A stretch of DNA of 41,337 nucleotides from a virus (Duplodnaviria; Caudoviricetes): the IMG/VR virus record IMGVR_UViG_3300024275_000017, positions 1 through 41,337 of that record; one strand, 5' to 3'. The notes under the pieces are model-generated. The model did no database searches. It was given only the letters and a program-made list of their open reading frames with translations, and was not told where the DNA came from. Every line of letters starts with the position of its first letter. Position 1 is the first letter of the stretch. The position numbers were made by a program, and so were the translations under genes. Shown here piece after piece: positions 8,961 through 18,304 of this stretch.

Positions 8961-8987
8961 TGACCCCACGCACGGGGTCACTTTTTT
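8961..8987 (+). terminator. Rho-independent terminator after the capsid gene
   Basis: TGACCCC-acgcac-GGGGTCA followed by CTTTTTT. Confidence 0.75.
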
Positions 8988-8996
8988 CGGGAGTGA

Positions 8997-9593
8997 GTGA
9001 TGCCCTTCACCGATGAACAACGCGCCAAGGCCGCCGCCACGCGCAAGCGCAACCGCGCGCTCAAGGAACAGATCGCCTCGGGCGCGCACGTCGAGATCGC
9101 CGACACCTCGGGCGCCTCCCCGCGCGAGCGCAAGTTGCTCGACGAGATCAACGAGCTGCGCAAGCAGTTGGGTCTCGCCAACGAAGCGCGCAGCGATGCC
9201 GAGACCGCGGCGATCACGGCGGCCTCCGACCCGTTCAACGACATAGAGGAAAAGCCGACCGGCAAGAAGGTCAAGGTGCAGCGCCTGGACCACTACAAGG
9301 AAGTCGGCTTCAAGGACGACGGGCGGCCGATACTCAAGCCCGTGTTCAAGACGGTCGAACTCCCCACCTATGCCTACCGCATCAACATGCCGCCGGTGGG
9401 CGGGACCGACTTGAAGATCAACGAGGTCCCGTTCTACCACGGCGCGACCTACGTTCTGGATGTCGACACCCTGCGCACGGTCAAGGACATGGTGTGGAAG
9501 CTGTGGGCGCATGATCGCAACATCCACGGCACCGACGAGAACGCCTATCGCAAGCCCACGCACCGCGCCTTCTCCGGACGGGGCTACGCATGA
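8997..9593 (+). CDS. Hypothetical head-associated protein
   Basis: GGGAG RBS, coherent codon usage, immediately downstream of the capsid gene. Confidence 0.65.
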   Translation: MMPFTDEQRAKAAATRKRNRALKEQIASGAHVEIADTSGASPRERKLLDEINELRKQLGLANEARSDAETAAITAASDPFNDIEEKPTGKKVKVQRLDHYKEVGFKDDGRPILKPVFKTVELPTYAYRINMPPVGGTDLKINEVPFYHGATYVLDVDTLRTVKDMVWKLWAHDRNIHGTDENAYRKPTHRAFSGRGYA

Positions 9594-9997
9594 ACGACGA
9601 GCATCAACGCCTCGCCGCGGGCAACTTCACGCTCTCCGTCATCCTCGGGGACACCAAGCGCCAGATCAGCATGACCGGGTACGTGTTCAACGATGACAGC
9701 GCCCAGGAGTTGAACGAGCGTCTCGACCGCTATCAGGACGCGATCGACCGCCAGGTGCTGCGCGCCGAGATGAAGTCGCACGAGGACAATATCAAACGTG
9801 GTGAACTCGCGATCGAGCAACTGGCCGCGCACTACGAGATGATGGTCAGGCGCAAGCAGAGCGGGAAGAAGCTGTCGAGTCAGGAACTCGATCAACTCGA
9901 CAAATACGACGTATCGGTCGAGTTCCAGAAGCGAGCGATCGTAGAGGCGCGCAAGAACATCGCCGATGCCAAGAAGCGGTTGAACGGAGCCGCCTGA
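9590..9997 (+). CDS. Hypothetical coiled-coil protein
   Basis: ATGA coupling; helical charged sequence. Confidence 0.65.
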   Translation: MNDEHQRLAAGNFTLSVILGDTKRQISMTGYVFNDDSAQELNERLDRYQDAIDRQVLRAEMKSHEDNIKRGELAIEQLAAHYEMMVRRKQSGKKLSSQELDQLDKYDVSVEFQKRAIVEARKNIADAKKRLNGAA

Positions 9998-9999
9998 GC

Positions 10000-10740
10000 A
10001 TGCAGGCGAGCGAGATTTGCCTGCTCGCCTCCCGTATCGCGAAGGGAGGAACCGGCATGGTCGCCATTGCCGGGCAGATGCTCAATCTCGTCCTCGAAGA
10101 TTTGGTGTTGAACAAGAATTTGCAGGTGAACCGTGTTACGCAGATCATTCAGGTAACGCCCGGGGCCTACGGTCCGTTCCAACTCGAAGCGGACTACCTG
10201 CGCACCTACGACCTGTTCTACCCGATGCCCGCGAGTGGGGGCGGCACGTCGAGCGGTATCACCATCTTCCTCGACCCGATCACGATGGAGCAGTTCGATG
10301 CCGAGTTCAAGTCGCCCTCGGTGTCCAACTATCCCTACGAGTTCGCGAGCGACCTGTCGGCCGACGCGCAGACATTTGACTCCAATGGCGTGCTGACCTC
10401 GGCGGGCGGGATTTTCATCTACCCGCAGACGAGCGGCGTGATCAACCTCACCCATCGCTACATGAAGAAGCAGGCGTCGATCCTGAACCCGCAGACCTCG
10501 ACTGCGACGCCGTGGTTCGCCTTCACCGACTATCTGGTACAGGCCACGGCCGGCCGGATGATGGGCGTTACCGGCGACGACCGGCACGACGCCTATATGG
10601 CGCAGGCCGACAAGATGCTGATGCCGTGGCTCATCATGGAAGGCGACGAACAGCAGGCCGTGCATTACATCAGACTTGACCCGCGAAAATTCAGAACCAA
10701 CAGGGGAGCCAAACCCGTGAAAAGTTATCCGTTCTCCTAG
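10000..10740 (+). CDS. Head-tail adaptor (P22 gp4/T7 gp11 positional analogue)
   Basis: N-terminal helical pattern (ASEICLLASRIA...MLNLVLEDL), IYPQ motif, position before the nozzle gene. Confidence 0.6.
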   Translation: MQASEICLLASRIAKGGTGMVAIAGQMLNLVLEDLVLNKNLQVNRVTQIIQVTPGAYGPFQLEADYLRTYDLFYPMPASGGGTSSGITIFLDPITMEQFDAEFKSPSVSNYPYEFASDLSADAQTFDSNGVLTSAGGIFIYPQTSGVINLTHRYMKKQASILNPQTSTATPWFAFTDYLVQATAGRMMGVTGDDRHDAYMAQADKMLMPWLIMEGDEQQAVHYIRLDPRKFRTNRGAKPVKSYPFS

Positions 10741-11201
10741 TAGGGTCTTTTGATGAACGACCAATTCCTGCCGCAAAAGATGTCGGAAATAGTGGTAGGC
10801 GTAACGCCGAACATCTTTGCGACTGCTCGACCTCTGACTCCGGAATGCCGAAGCGCCAATATCTCTTTCACCTGACTCTCCGTGAGTTTCGACATACCGT
10901 GCCTTTCTCCGAACGCATGCCGACCTTTGCTCGCGGCATCGTGCGCGTTCTCCTTTGCGTGGCCCAAGAATAGATGTGATGGGTTCACGCAACAGCGCAC
11001 GTCGCAATGGTGCAAGACGTACCTTCCTTCCGGGATAGGTCCGAAGAACAACTCCCACGCGACACGATGCGCTCGCTCGTGTCCTTGGTATCCGTATCCG
11101 TCGCGGTCGAGGCGGCCGACTTCCCAAATCCAGCAGCCCGCCTCCGGGATGCGAGCGATCTTCGCTTCAAATCTTGCTCGTGTAAAATGCCTGATAGCCA
11201 T
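10737..11201 (-). CDS. HNH homing endonuclease (free-standing, antisense to the late operon)
   Basis: GCWIW, DGYG, AHRVAWELFFGPIP..VLHHCD...CVNPSHLFLG...EN, KLTESQV and a C-terminal HTH. Confidence 0.92.
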   Translation of the reverse strand: MAIRHFTRARFEAKIARIPEAGCWIWEVGRLDRDGYGYQGHERAHRVAWELFFGPIPEGRYVLHHCDVRCCVNPSHLFLGHAKENAHDAASKGRHAFGERHGMSKLTESQVKEILALRHSGVRGRAVAKMFGVTPTTISDIFCGRNWSFIKRPY

Positions 11202-11283
11202 TGCCGAACTCCTTCCCGAGTTGGTGATTGGTCAGAGGCCGGTGGCGCTGGCGCGTCATCGGCCTTGCTCATTGTAGACCGAA

Positions 11284-13056
11284 ATGGCGATCAACAAGAG
11301 TTTCCCTATGCGTTTCAGCCCCAAAGGGTTGGTGGACGCATTCGATAGTACGGACAAGTTCCCCGGGGCCTGCCAGAAACTCGTCAATCTGATCTTCGAC
11401 CAGTCCAACCCCGAACTGGTCCTGTCGCGTCCCGGCGTCACTACGCTGGTCGACTTCGCCCTGCACGGCTTCGCCTCGCCCGGCTTCATCTCGATCCAAG
11501 CGGCGGTCGGTTCGCGCGTCTACGGCATGATCGCGACCAACTTGACGCCCGGGTTCGATCAGCCGTTCTGTTTCGAGACCGCCACGGGAGCGTTCGTGCC
11601 GATCTCCGGGGTCAACTCGGGCAACGTCCCGGCGAGCCCGTCGACCGCGGGGACGTGGACGCCACCGACACTGGCCAACATCGGCACCATGATCGTGATC
11701 ACCCATCCCGGGTTTTCCGGGAGCGGGGTCAACTTCTTCGGCGTGATTGACATCACCAACCCGGCCGCCCCGGCATGGACCGCGGCCAACACCGTTACCA
11801 ACGCACTGCCCGCGGTGCCGGTGGCGGTAGCGAACTTCAACAATCGCGCCTATTTCGCCACCGCCGGCAATCAGCTCTGGTACACCGATGTCCTGACTAA
11901 CCCGCTCACTGTCACCAACGCGACCCAGTTCCTCGTCATCGGCGATAGCGGGCCGATCAACGCTCTGTCCGGCCTGCCGCTGCAGACCACGTCCTCGGGC
12001 GTGATCCAGTCGTTGACCGTGTTCAAGTCGACACAGGTCTGGCAGGTGACAGGCGACACCACCACCTTCAACCTGTCGCTCAACTATGTGAGCCTGACCA
12101 TCGGCACCAACGCGCCGCGCTCGGTCGCGCAATCGCCGTACGGCCTGTACTTTGGCAGCAGTGGTGGCCCCTACTTCATCGACCTCCTCGGTACGCTGCG
12201 GCCGCTCACGCACAGCCTGCAGGAATTGGAGCCCGACGTGCAGGCGCCGTTCGAGAACGCGGTCAACCCGACGCGCTGGGCCGCGGCCTACAACTCGACC
12301 GTGTACCGGGTGTGCGGCTCGACCATCATCCGCGGCCGACAGAGCACGAACGATTACTGGTTCGACGAGCACCGTCGGCGCTGGAACGGCCCCCACACCT
12401 TCCAGTACGATTGCGCCTCGGCCCTTGGCGGCTACTTCGTGCTTTCCTCCGCGTTCGTTCCCGGGCAACTGGTGCAGTCGTGGACGCAGCACAACCCGGC
12501 CTTCGTGGCGAGCGACTTGGGTACCGCCACCTTTGCGACACTGCTCTCCTCGACCTTTCCCAAAGCCGACCCGATGAGCATGAAGCAGGTTGCCGAGAGC
12601 CAGATCGAACTCGCCGCCTCGGGCGGGGACATCACCTATACGTTGACCGCGCAGGACGAGCAGGGCAACACGCTCGAGACCGCGACCATGACCGTGGTCG
12701 GCGAGACCGGCAACCTGTGGGGTCCGACGCCGGTCGGATCGGGCCTGCTGTGGGGCGCTCCGGTCACGCTATGGGGCAACGTGAGTGACGGCGGCAGCGG
12801 TGCGCTATGGGGCGATGCCTGCCGGTTCTGGACAGCGGCGGCCGGTTCGGGTGCGCTTTGGGGCGAAGGGGCGCAGAATATACCCCATACCTATCCCGTG
12901 CCGTGGCCCGCCCCGCTCGTGTTCGAAAAGATGCAACTGCAAGTGACCGCCCAAGCGAGCGCACAGGTCTCGATCGGCACCTTCTACGCCCGTTACCAAC
13001 GCACGGGTTATATGACCCTCGGCCAATTTGCGGAGCCCGCCCCATGCACCACCTGA
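11284..13056 (+). CDS. Tail nozzle/tubular protein (P22 gp10-like beta-propeller)
   Basis: 590 aa, beta-rich, NFNNRAYF and NQLWYTD motifs; follows the adaptor. Confidence 0.7.
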   Translation: MAINKSFPMRFSPKGLVDAFDSTDKFPGACQKLVNLIFDQSNPELVLSRPGVTTLVDFALHGFASPGFISIQAAVGSRVYGMIATNLTPGFDQPFCFETATGAFVPISGVNSGNVPASPSTAGTWTPPTLANIGTMIVITHPGFSGSGVNFFGVIDITNPAAPAWTAANTVTNALPAVPVAVANFNNRAYFATAGNQLWYTDVLTNPLTVTNATQFLVIGDSGPINALSGLPLQTTSSGVIQSLTVFKSTQVWQVTGDTTTFNLSLNYVSLTIGTNAPRSVAQSPYGLYFGSSGGPYFIDLLGTLRPLTHSLQELEPDVQAPFENAVNPTRWAAAYNSTVYRVCGSTIIRGRQSTNDYWFDEHRRRWNGPHTFQYDCASALGGYFVLSSAFVPGQLVQSWTQHNPAFVASDLGTATFATLLSSTFPKADPMSMKQVAESQIELAASGGDITYTLTAQDEQGNTLETATMTVVGETGNLWGPTPVGSGLLWGAPVTLWGNVSDGGSGALWGDACRFWTAAAGSGALWGEGAQNIPHTYPVPWPAPLVFEKMQLQVTAQASAQVSIGTFYARYQRTGYMTLGQFAEPAPCTT

Positions 13057-13877
13057 TCCGGCAGTACCTCACCCTGGGCGCGATCATCGGCCCGCTGCCG
13101 AACAACATCGTCGACGGCACCGTGATCGACGCCGTGCCGGTCATGGCGAACTTCGACTGGATCGTGAGCCAGGTCAACGCCAATGCCGGGGCGATCACCA
13201 ACGCGCTGTCGATCCCCACCTTCTGCGGCACCGCCGGGGGCACGGCCAACGCCATCACGCTCACGCCCAACCCAGCGATCAGTTCGTACCTCGCGGGGCA
13301 GCGGTTCAGTTTCGTCGCGGCGGCACCCAACACCACCTCGGTGACGGTAGCGACCTCGGGCCTTGCCACCCGGGCGCTGACCTACGCTGACGGCTCCGCG
13401 CTCACCGGCAACGAAATCCTGACCGGCGGCGTGTACGACATCGAGGACAACGGCTCGCGCTACAACCTCTTGAACTCCGCGCAGGGCTCGAACATCGTCA
13501 GTTGGACCCCGACCATCACCTTCGGCGGGGCGGCCTCGGGGCTGACCTACGCCACCCAGACCGGCAAGGCGTTCAAGCTGGGCCGCATCGTGTTCTTCGC
13601 CTTCTTCGTGCAGTTGACGGCCAAGGGTTCCTCGACCGGGACGCTACTGGTCAACGGCCTGCCGTACACGATCAACTCGAGCTGGGGCGGCAACAACGGC
13701 GGCCCGGCGTTTGTGGAGAACGTGACCTTTACCGGCTATCCGCTCGTGTTCTACAACCTGGGCGCGACCACGATGGGCATTCTCGACATCGTGAGCGGGA
13801 GCGCATCGGCCGCGATCACCGATGCCGAGTGCAGCAACACGAGCAAGTTCGCCGGCTCCATGTTCTACACCTGCTGA
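13044..13877 (+). CDS. Tail fibre/spike protein
   Basis: N-terminal DAVPVMANFDWIVSQVN virion-attachment-type segment; C-terminal SWTPTI...GKAFKLGRIVF...NGLPYT fibre-tip pattern. Confidence 0.65.
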   Translation: MHHLIRQYLTLGAIIGPLPNNIVDGTVIDAVPVMANFDWIVSQVNANAGAITNALSIPTFCGTAGGTANAITLTPNPAISSYLAGQRFSFVAAAPNTTSVTVATSGLATRALTYADGSALTGNEILTGGVYDIEDNGSRYNLLNSAQGSNIVSWTPTITFGGAASGLTYATQTGKAFKLGRIVFFAFFVQLTAKGSSTGTLLVNGLPYTINSSWGGNNGGPAFVENVTFTGYPLVFYNLGATTMGILDIVSGSASAAITDAECSNTSKFAGSMFYTC

Positions 13878-14380
13878 TGCCCGCGCTCGCCATCGTCGAG
13901 ACCGACTTCTACGGCGACGCGCTGCCGGCGCTGACCTACGTGGTCGAGCCGTATCTCGACGCGATTGCCGAGATGCGCGAGCTCTATCCCGAGCACTGGG
14001 CCGAGATTGCTCTGGACAAGGATGCGATCCAGTTGGAGCCCGACTATGCGACCTACGATCTGCTCGCGCGCACCAACGTGCTGCATCTGGTGACGGCGCG
14101 CGACGGTGAGGGGAAACTGGTCGGTTATCACCTGTCGATGATTCATCCGCACCTGCACTATCGCTCAAGCATTACCTGCTTCACCGACGTGTTCTTCTTG
14201 AAGAAGGACTACCGGCGCGGCATGGCGGGCTACAAGATGCTCAAGTTCTTCCGCGACAGCGTGAAGGCGCGTGGAGTGCAGAAGATTTACATGAGCACGA
14301 AATTGTCCTTGGACCTTGGGCCGATCATGGATCGGTTGGGGTTCAAGCCGATTGAACGCATCTACACGATGGTGCTGTGA
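13877..14380 (+). CDS. GNAT-family acetyltransferase-like virion assembly protein
   Basis: GKLVGY, DVFFLKKDYRRGMAG (motif A) and RLGFKP; typical position before ejection genes. Confidence 0.8.
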   Translation: MPALAIVETDFYGDALPALTYVVEPYLDAIAEMRELYPEHWAEIALDKDAIQLEPDYATYDLLARTNVLHLVTARDGEGKLVGYHLSMIHPHLHYRSSITCFTDVFFLKKDYRRGMAGYKMLKFFRDSVKARGVQKIYMSTKLSLDLGPIMDRLGFKPIERIYTMVL

Positions 14381-15327
14381 TGGCGGGAACACTAGGCGCG
14401 ATTGGTTCGGTGGTCGGTATCGGCTCGGGACTGTCCAATATCTTCGGCCATCATGGCGGGGGCGGCGGGGTTACGGGTGGGGCGACCGGGGTCTATCAGC
14501 CTGAGCATCAGGGCGAGGCCGATACCGCGTTCCAGCAAATGCTGCAGCAGTACATGCAGAGCCAAGGCCAGCAGGCTGGGGCGATCAATCCGGTGCTCGC
14601 CCAAGCCTTCCAGCAGATGCTCGGGTTGCCGATGAATCAGTTGTACGGAAACCTCGGCGAGATCGCCGGCGGCTTCGGGCAGCGGTTGAACGAACAGGCT
14701 TACACCAACCAGAACGCGCAGCAGGGGCTCATGGGGGCGGGCAACCAACTCTGGCAGACCGCCCTCGACCCGCAGAACGCGCTGCGCGACCGGATGCAGC
14801 AACAGGTGACGGACGCCTCGCGCGCGGGCACCTCGGCGCGCGGCATCGGCATGAGCGGGGAAGCCGCCGGCATCGAGAATCAGGACGTGCGCGATTTCCT
14901 GATGAACTGGCAGAACGCGCAACTCGGGCGACAGGCCACGGGCTTGCAGGGTATGACCGGAGCCTACGGCGAGGCCGGTCGGCAGGGTCAGCAGGTAGGA
15001 CAGAACTTGGCCGGGTCGATCAATATGGGCGCTCTCTCGCCGCAATTCCTGCAAGCGGGCGCGAGTTTCCCGATGACGGCGGCTAACATGTATAGCGGCG
15101 CGCAGAACCCGTTGCTGCAGCAGTTGATCGCGGGAATGGGAGCAGGCAATCAGTACATGGGCATGGGCCAGAACGCGAGCAACATCGGATTCGGACAGCA
15201 GCAAACGGGGATCAACAGTCTGACCACGGGCTTGGGTCAACTCGCGAACTTGTTCCGCGCGCCGCCGTCGGGGGGCAATGATGGCTACCAGACCGACCCC
15301 TACGCTACCGGCGGTTACGGGACGTAG
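14380..15327 (+). CDS. DNA ejection/pilot protein candidate
   Basis: Gly/Ala hydrophobic N-terminus and Q/G/N-rich helical body. Confidence 0.6.
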   Translation: MAGTLGAIGSVVGIGSGLSNIFGHHGGGGGVTGGATGVYQPEHQGEADTAFQQMLQQYMQSQGQQAGAINPVLAQAFQQMLGLPMNQLYGNLGEIAGGFGQRLNEQAYTNQNAQQGLMGAGNQLWQTALDPQNALRDRMQQQVTDASRAGTSARGIGMSGEAAGIENQDVRDFLMNWQNAQLGRQATGLQGMTGAYGEAGRQGQQVGQNLAGSINMGALSPQFLQAGASFPMTAANMYSGAQNPLLQQLIAGMGAGNQYMGMGQNASNIGFGQQQTGINSLTTGLGQLANLFRAPPSGGNDGYQTDPYATGGYGT

Positions 15328-15332
15328 ATCAT

Positions 15333-17006
15333 ATGGCTAATTACGAGAGCGGCTATACGAGCGCGGTCAACGCCGCACAGCGCCGGGACTACGAGAAGGC
15401 GGGCATTCAGGACATGCTCGCGGCCATCGCCGCGCAGCAGTGGCGCCAGCAGCAGTTCGAGCAGACGCAGGCACAGGCCAAGATGCTCGACGCGGCCAAG
15501 GTCGAGGCGGCTCGCGGCATGCAGATGCAGCCCCCGCCGCCGCAACCGATGGCGCCGGGGCAACCCTCGGTCCCGATGCAGCAGCCCACGGCAGGACCGC
15601 CCCCGGGACAGCCGCCGGGGATGGGTGGCGGCACGCCGCAACTGATGCAATCCCTGCTCGCTGGGGGGATGGCGCCCGGAGGGGGGGCGGGAGCGCCGAG
15701 CTCTGCGCCCCCCGCCGCGCCTAGCCCGCCTCCCGTGCCGCAGGGCTTCACCCCGATTGCGGGCGGGCAGTTTGCACCCCCCATTGGCGGCTCCATGCCT
15801 GGGGCCGCGGGGGGCGGTATCGGTGCCCCGCCGCAACTGCCGCAGGGCGAGGGTCCGATCCTGCCGCCCAAGCTGCAGACGATGGAGTCCGCGTTGAAGA
15901 TCGTCGACAAGATCAACGTGCCCGACAACGTGAAGGGGCAGTTGCTCGACCATCTCGCCGAGCAGATGGACAAGCAGAACAAGATCGCGTTGCAGAAGTA
16001 TCGCGACGATGCCGAGGTGAAGAAGGCTGCGACCAACGCCGCGCGCGAGAAGCGCCTGCAGATCGAGCAGGACCGCGCAGCGCCGCAGATGAAGAACATC
16101 CAAGTGGGAGACAAGAACGTTGCGCTGCAATTCGACCCGAAGCAAGCGGACAAGGGTTGGATGCCGGTCGCCGAAGGGCCGAAGTGGGCACCGAAGGCTG
16201 CGGCCGATGCTGCGAGCCAAGGCGGGTTCGGGACCGAGTTCGACAAGATGGACCCGCGCAAGCAGGCGACGGTCGACTGGTACGCGACCATGCAACTCGC
16301 GGGCGACAACACTTGGCGGGTCGGTCTTTCGCGCACCAAGGGCGGCTCGGACTTGATCAAGGCGGTCGACGAGCGTGTACCCGAGCGGGCGCAGGAATTG
16401 GGCTTGAGTGCAGCCGACATCGGCACCAACAAGGCGATCCGGGTATCGACGCAGGCGGCACTGACGCAGAACACCAAGGACATCGCCAACCTCAAGCCCT
16501 ACGTGACGATGCTGCATCAGAACGCGGAGATCGCCAAGACGCTTGCGACCAAGGCGATTGCTACGAGCGCCCAACTCGCCAACCGGCCGCTGAACTGGCT
16601 GCGCACCAATGCGGCCGACAGCCCGGATGTGGCCGAGTACCTGGCACAAATGGAAATCGTGAAGAACGAGGCGACCCGGGTTATCACCAACCCGCGCCTT
16701 GTCGGTCAGATGACGGACACCGCTCGCCAAGAGATCGAGTCGGTCATCAACGGCACCATGCCTCTGAACGCGACCAACCGCGTCATCGACCGGCTCATCA
16801 ACGACGGCGACCGTCGTATCGGCACGATGGAAGCGCAGCAGCAGCAGTTGCAGGGCACGCTCAAGGAAATGTTCCCGAGCGGGGCCGGGACCGGCGGGGG
16901 TGCTGCTCCTGCCGCGGGCAAGAGCAAATACGTCGAGACTCGCACGACTGCCGACGGGAAGAAGTTGGGCAAGAAGGCTGACGGCACGATTGAGGAAGTG
17001 AAGTGA
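15333..17006 (+). CDS. Internal virion/DNA ejection protein candidate
   Basis: P/G/Q-rich linker and helical C-terminal domain; second gene of the trio. Confidence 0.6.
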   Translation: MANYESGYTSAVNAAQRRDYEKAGIQDMLAAIAAQQWRQQQFEQTQAQAKMLDAAKVEAARGMQMQPPPPQPMAPGQPSVPMQQPTAGPPPGQPPGMGGGTPQLMQSLLAGGMAPGGGAGAPSSAPPAAPSPPPVPQGFTPIAGGQFAPPIGGSMPGAAGGGIGAPPQLPQGEGPILPPKLQTMESALKIVDKINVPDNVKGQLLDHLAEQMDKQNKIALQKYRDDAEVKKAATNAAREKRLQIEQDRAAPQMKNIQVGDKNVALQFDPKQADKGWMPVAEGPKWAPKAAADAASQGGFGTEFDKMDPRKQATVDWYATMQLAGDNTWRVGLSRTKGGSDLIKAVDERVPERAQELGLSAADIGTNKAIRVSTQAALTQNTKDIANLKPYVTMLHQNAEIAKTLATKAIATSAQLANRPLNWLRTNAADSPDVAEYLAQMEIVKNEATRVITNPRLVGQMTDTARQEIESVINGTMPLNATNRVIDRLINDGDRRIGTMEAQQQQLQGTLKEMFPSGAGTGGGAAPAAGKSKYVETRTTADGKKLGKKADGTIEEVK

Positions 17007-18304
17007 GCCTTGAGAGCGATTGGGCATCTGCCAAGCCTGATCTGAGCGCCGAATGGGAGAAGGCCAAGCCGACCGCTGCGCCTGACAAGCCGAAGGAACA
17101 AGGCCACGGCATCGCCGCCAACGTCGCGGGCGGCCTGATCGAGCCCTTGCTGTCGATGGGCACGGGCATGCTTGCCAAGCCCGTATCGGATGTCGCTGGG
17201 CTCACGCGCCTTGGCATGGAGGGCATGCGCCGCGCCGGGGTGCCGGGCATCGAGGAGCGCGACCCGCTCACGGTCAAGCAGGACGTGCAGCGGGCATTGA
17301 CCTACGAGCCCAAGACGGCGGCCGGCAAGTTCACCACACAGAACAACCCGCTCGCGCTCCTCGGGCAACTGATCGGCTGGGGCGGCAAGCAGGCGGGCGA
17401 ACTTGTCGCGCCCCCTGGCACCTCGGGACCACTGCGCAGCGCGATCGGCTCGGGCGTGGAGGAGGCCGTCACGCAGGCGCCGATGTTCCTCGGGGCCAAG
17501 GCGCCCGCAGCGACCAAGGCGGGATCGGAAGCGTTGCGCGGCGGGGCCGAACGGCTGATGCACAGCGCCTTGAAGCCTGCGGAGAAGTTCGCCAAGCAGG
17601 TCGATCCCGGCATCGACTTGTTGCTCGAAAAGGGCATCAATGTCACCCCGGGCGGCTTGGAGAAGATTCGCACCGAGATCGGGGACCTGAACTCGCGCAT
17701 CGGGCAACTCATCGCCAACTCGCCCGCCGTGATCGACAAGCAGGCGGTGGCGACGCGGCTCTACGACACGCTTGCCAAGTTCGAGAAGCAGGTCGACCCG
17801 CACGCCGACCTAGCCACGATCAACAAGAGTTGGAACAACTTCCTCAACCACCCGCTGCTGACCGGCAAGGACATCCCGATCAAGACCGCGCAGGAATTGA
17901 AGTCTGGCACCTACAAGCAGTTGCAGGGAAAGTACGGGGAACTAAGCAGTGCCGAGAGCGAAGCGCAGAAGGCGCTCGCGCGGGGGTTGAAAGAGGAGAT
18001 CGCCAAGGCGGTGCCCGAGGTGCGGACGTTGAACGCCGAGGAGTCGCGTCTGTTGCAAGCCCTGCCGATGGTCGAGCGACGGGTACTGATCTCGGCCAAC
18101 AAGAACCCGATCGGGCTAGGCATCCTGTCGATGAACCCGAAGCACATCGCGGTGTGGATGGCCGATCGAAGCGAGCTGTTCAAGTCGCTCGTCGCGCGCA
18201 TGCTCAACACCGGATCGCGGGCGATGCCCGGCATGCAGATGGCGGGACCGCTCGGCGGCATGGCGGTATCGAGCGAGGCCAATCAGATCGCGCCGCCGCC
18301 GTGA
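17003..18304 (+). CDS. Internal virion/DNA ejection protein candidate
   Basis: Ala/Gly-rich helical protein; third gene of the trio. Confidence 0.6.
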   Translation: MSLESDWASAKPDLSAEWEKAKPTAAPDKPKEQGHGIAANVAGGLIEPLLSMGTGMLAKPVSDVAGLTRLGMEGMRRAGVPGIEERDPLTVKQDVQRALTYEPKTAAGKFTTQNNPLALLGQLIGWGGKQAGELVAPPGTSGPLRSAIGSGVEEAVTQAPMFLGAKAPAATKAGSEALRGGAERLMHSALKPAEKFAKQVDPGIDLLLEKGINVTPGGLEKIRTEIGDLNSRIGQLIANSPAVIDKQAVATRLYDTLAKFEKQVDPHADLATINKSWNNFLNHPLLTGKDIPIKTAQELKSGTYKQLQGKYGELSSAESEAQKALARGLKEEIAKAVPEVRTLNAEESRLLQALPMVERRVLISANKNPIGLGILSMNPKHIAVWMADRSELFKSLVARMLNTGSRAMPGMQMAGPLGGMAVSSEANQIAPPP

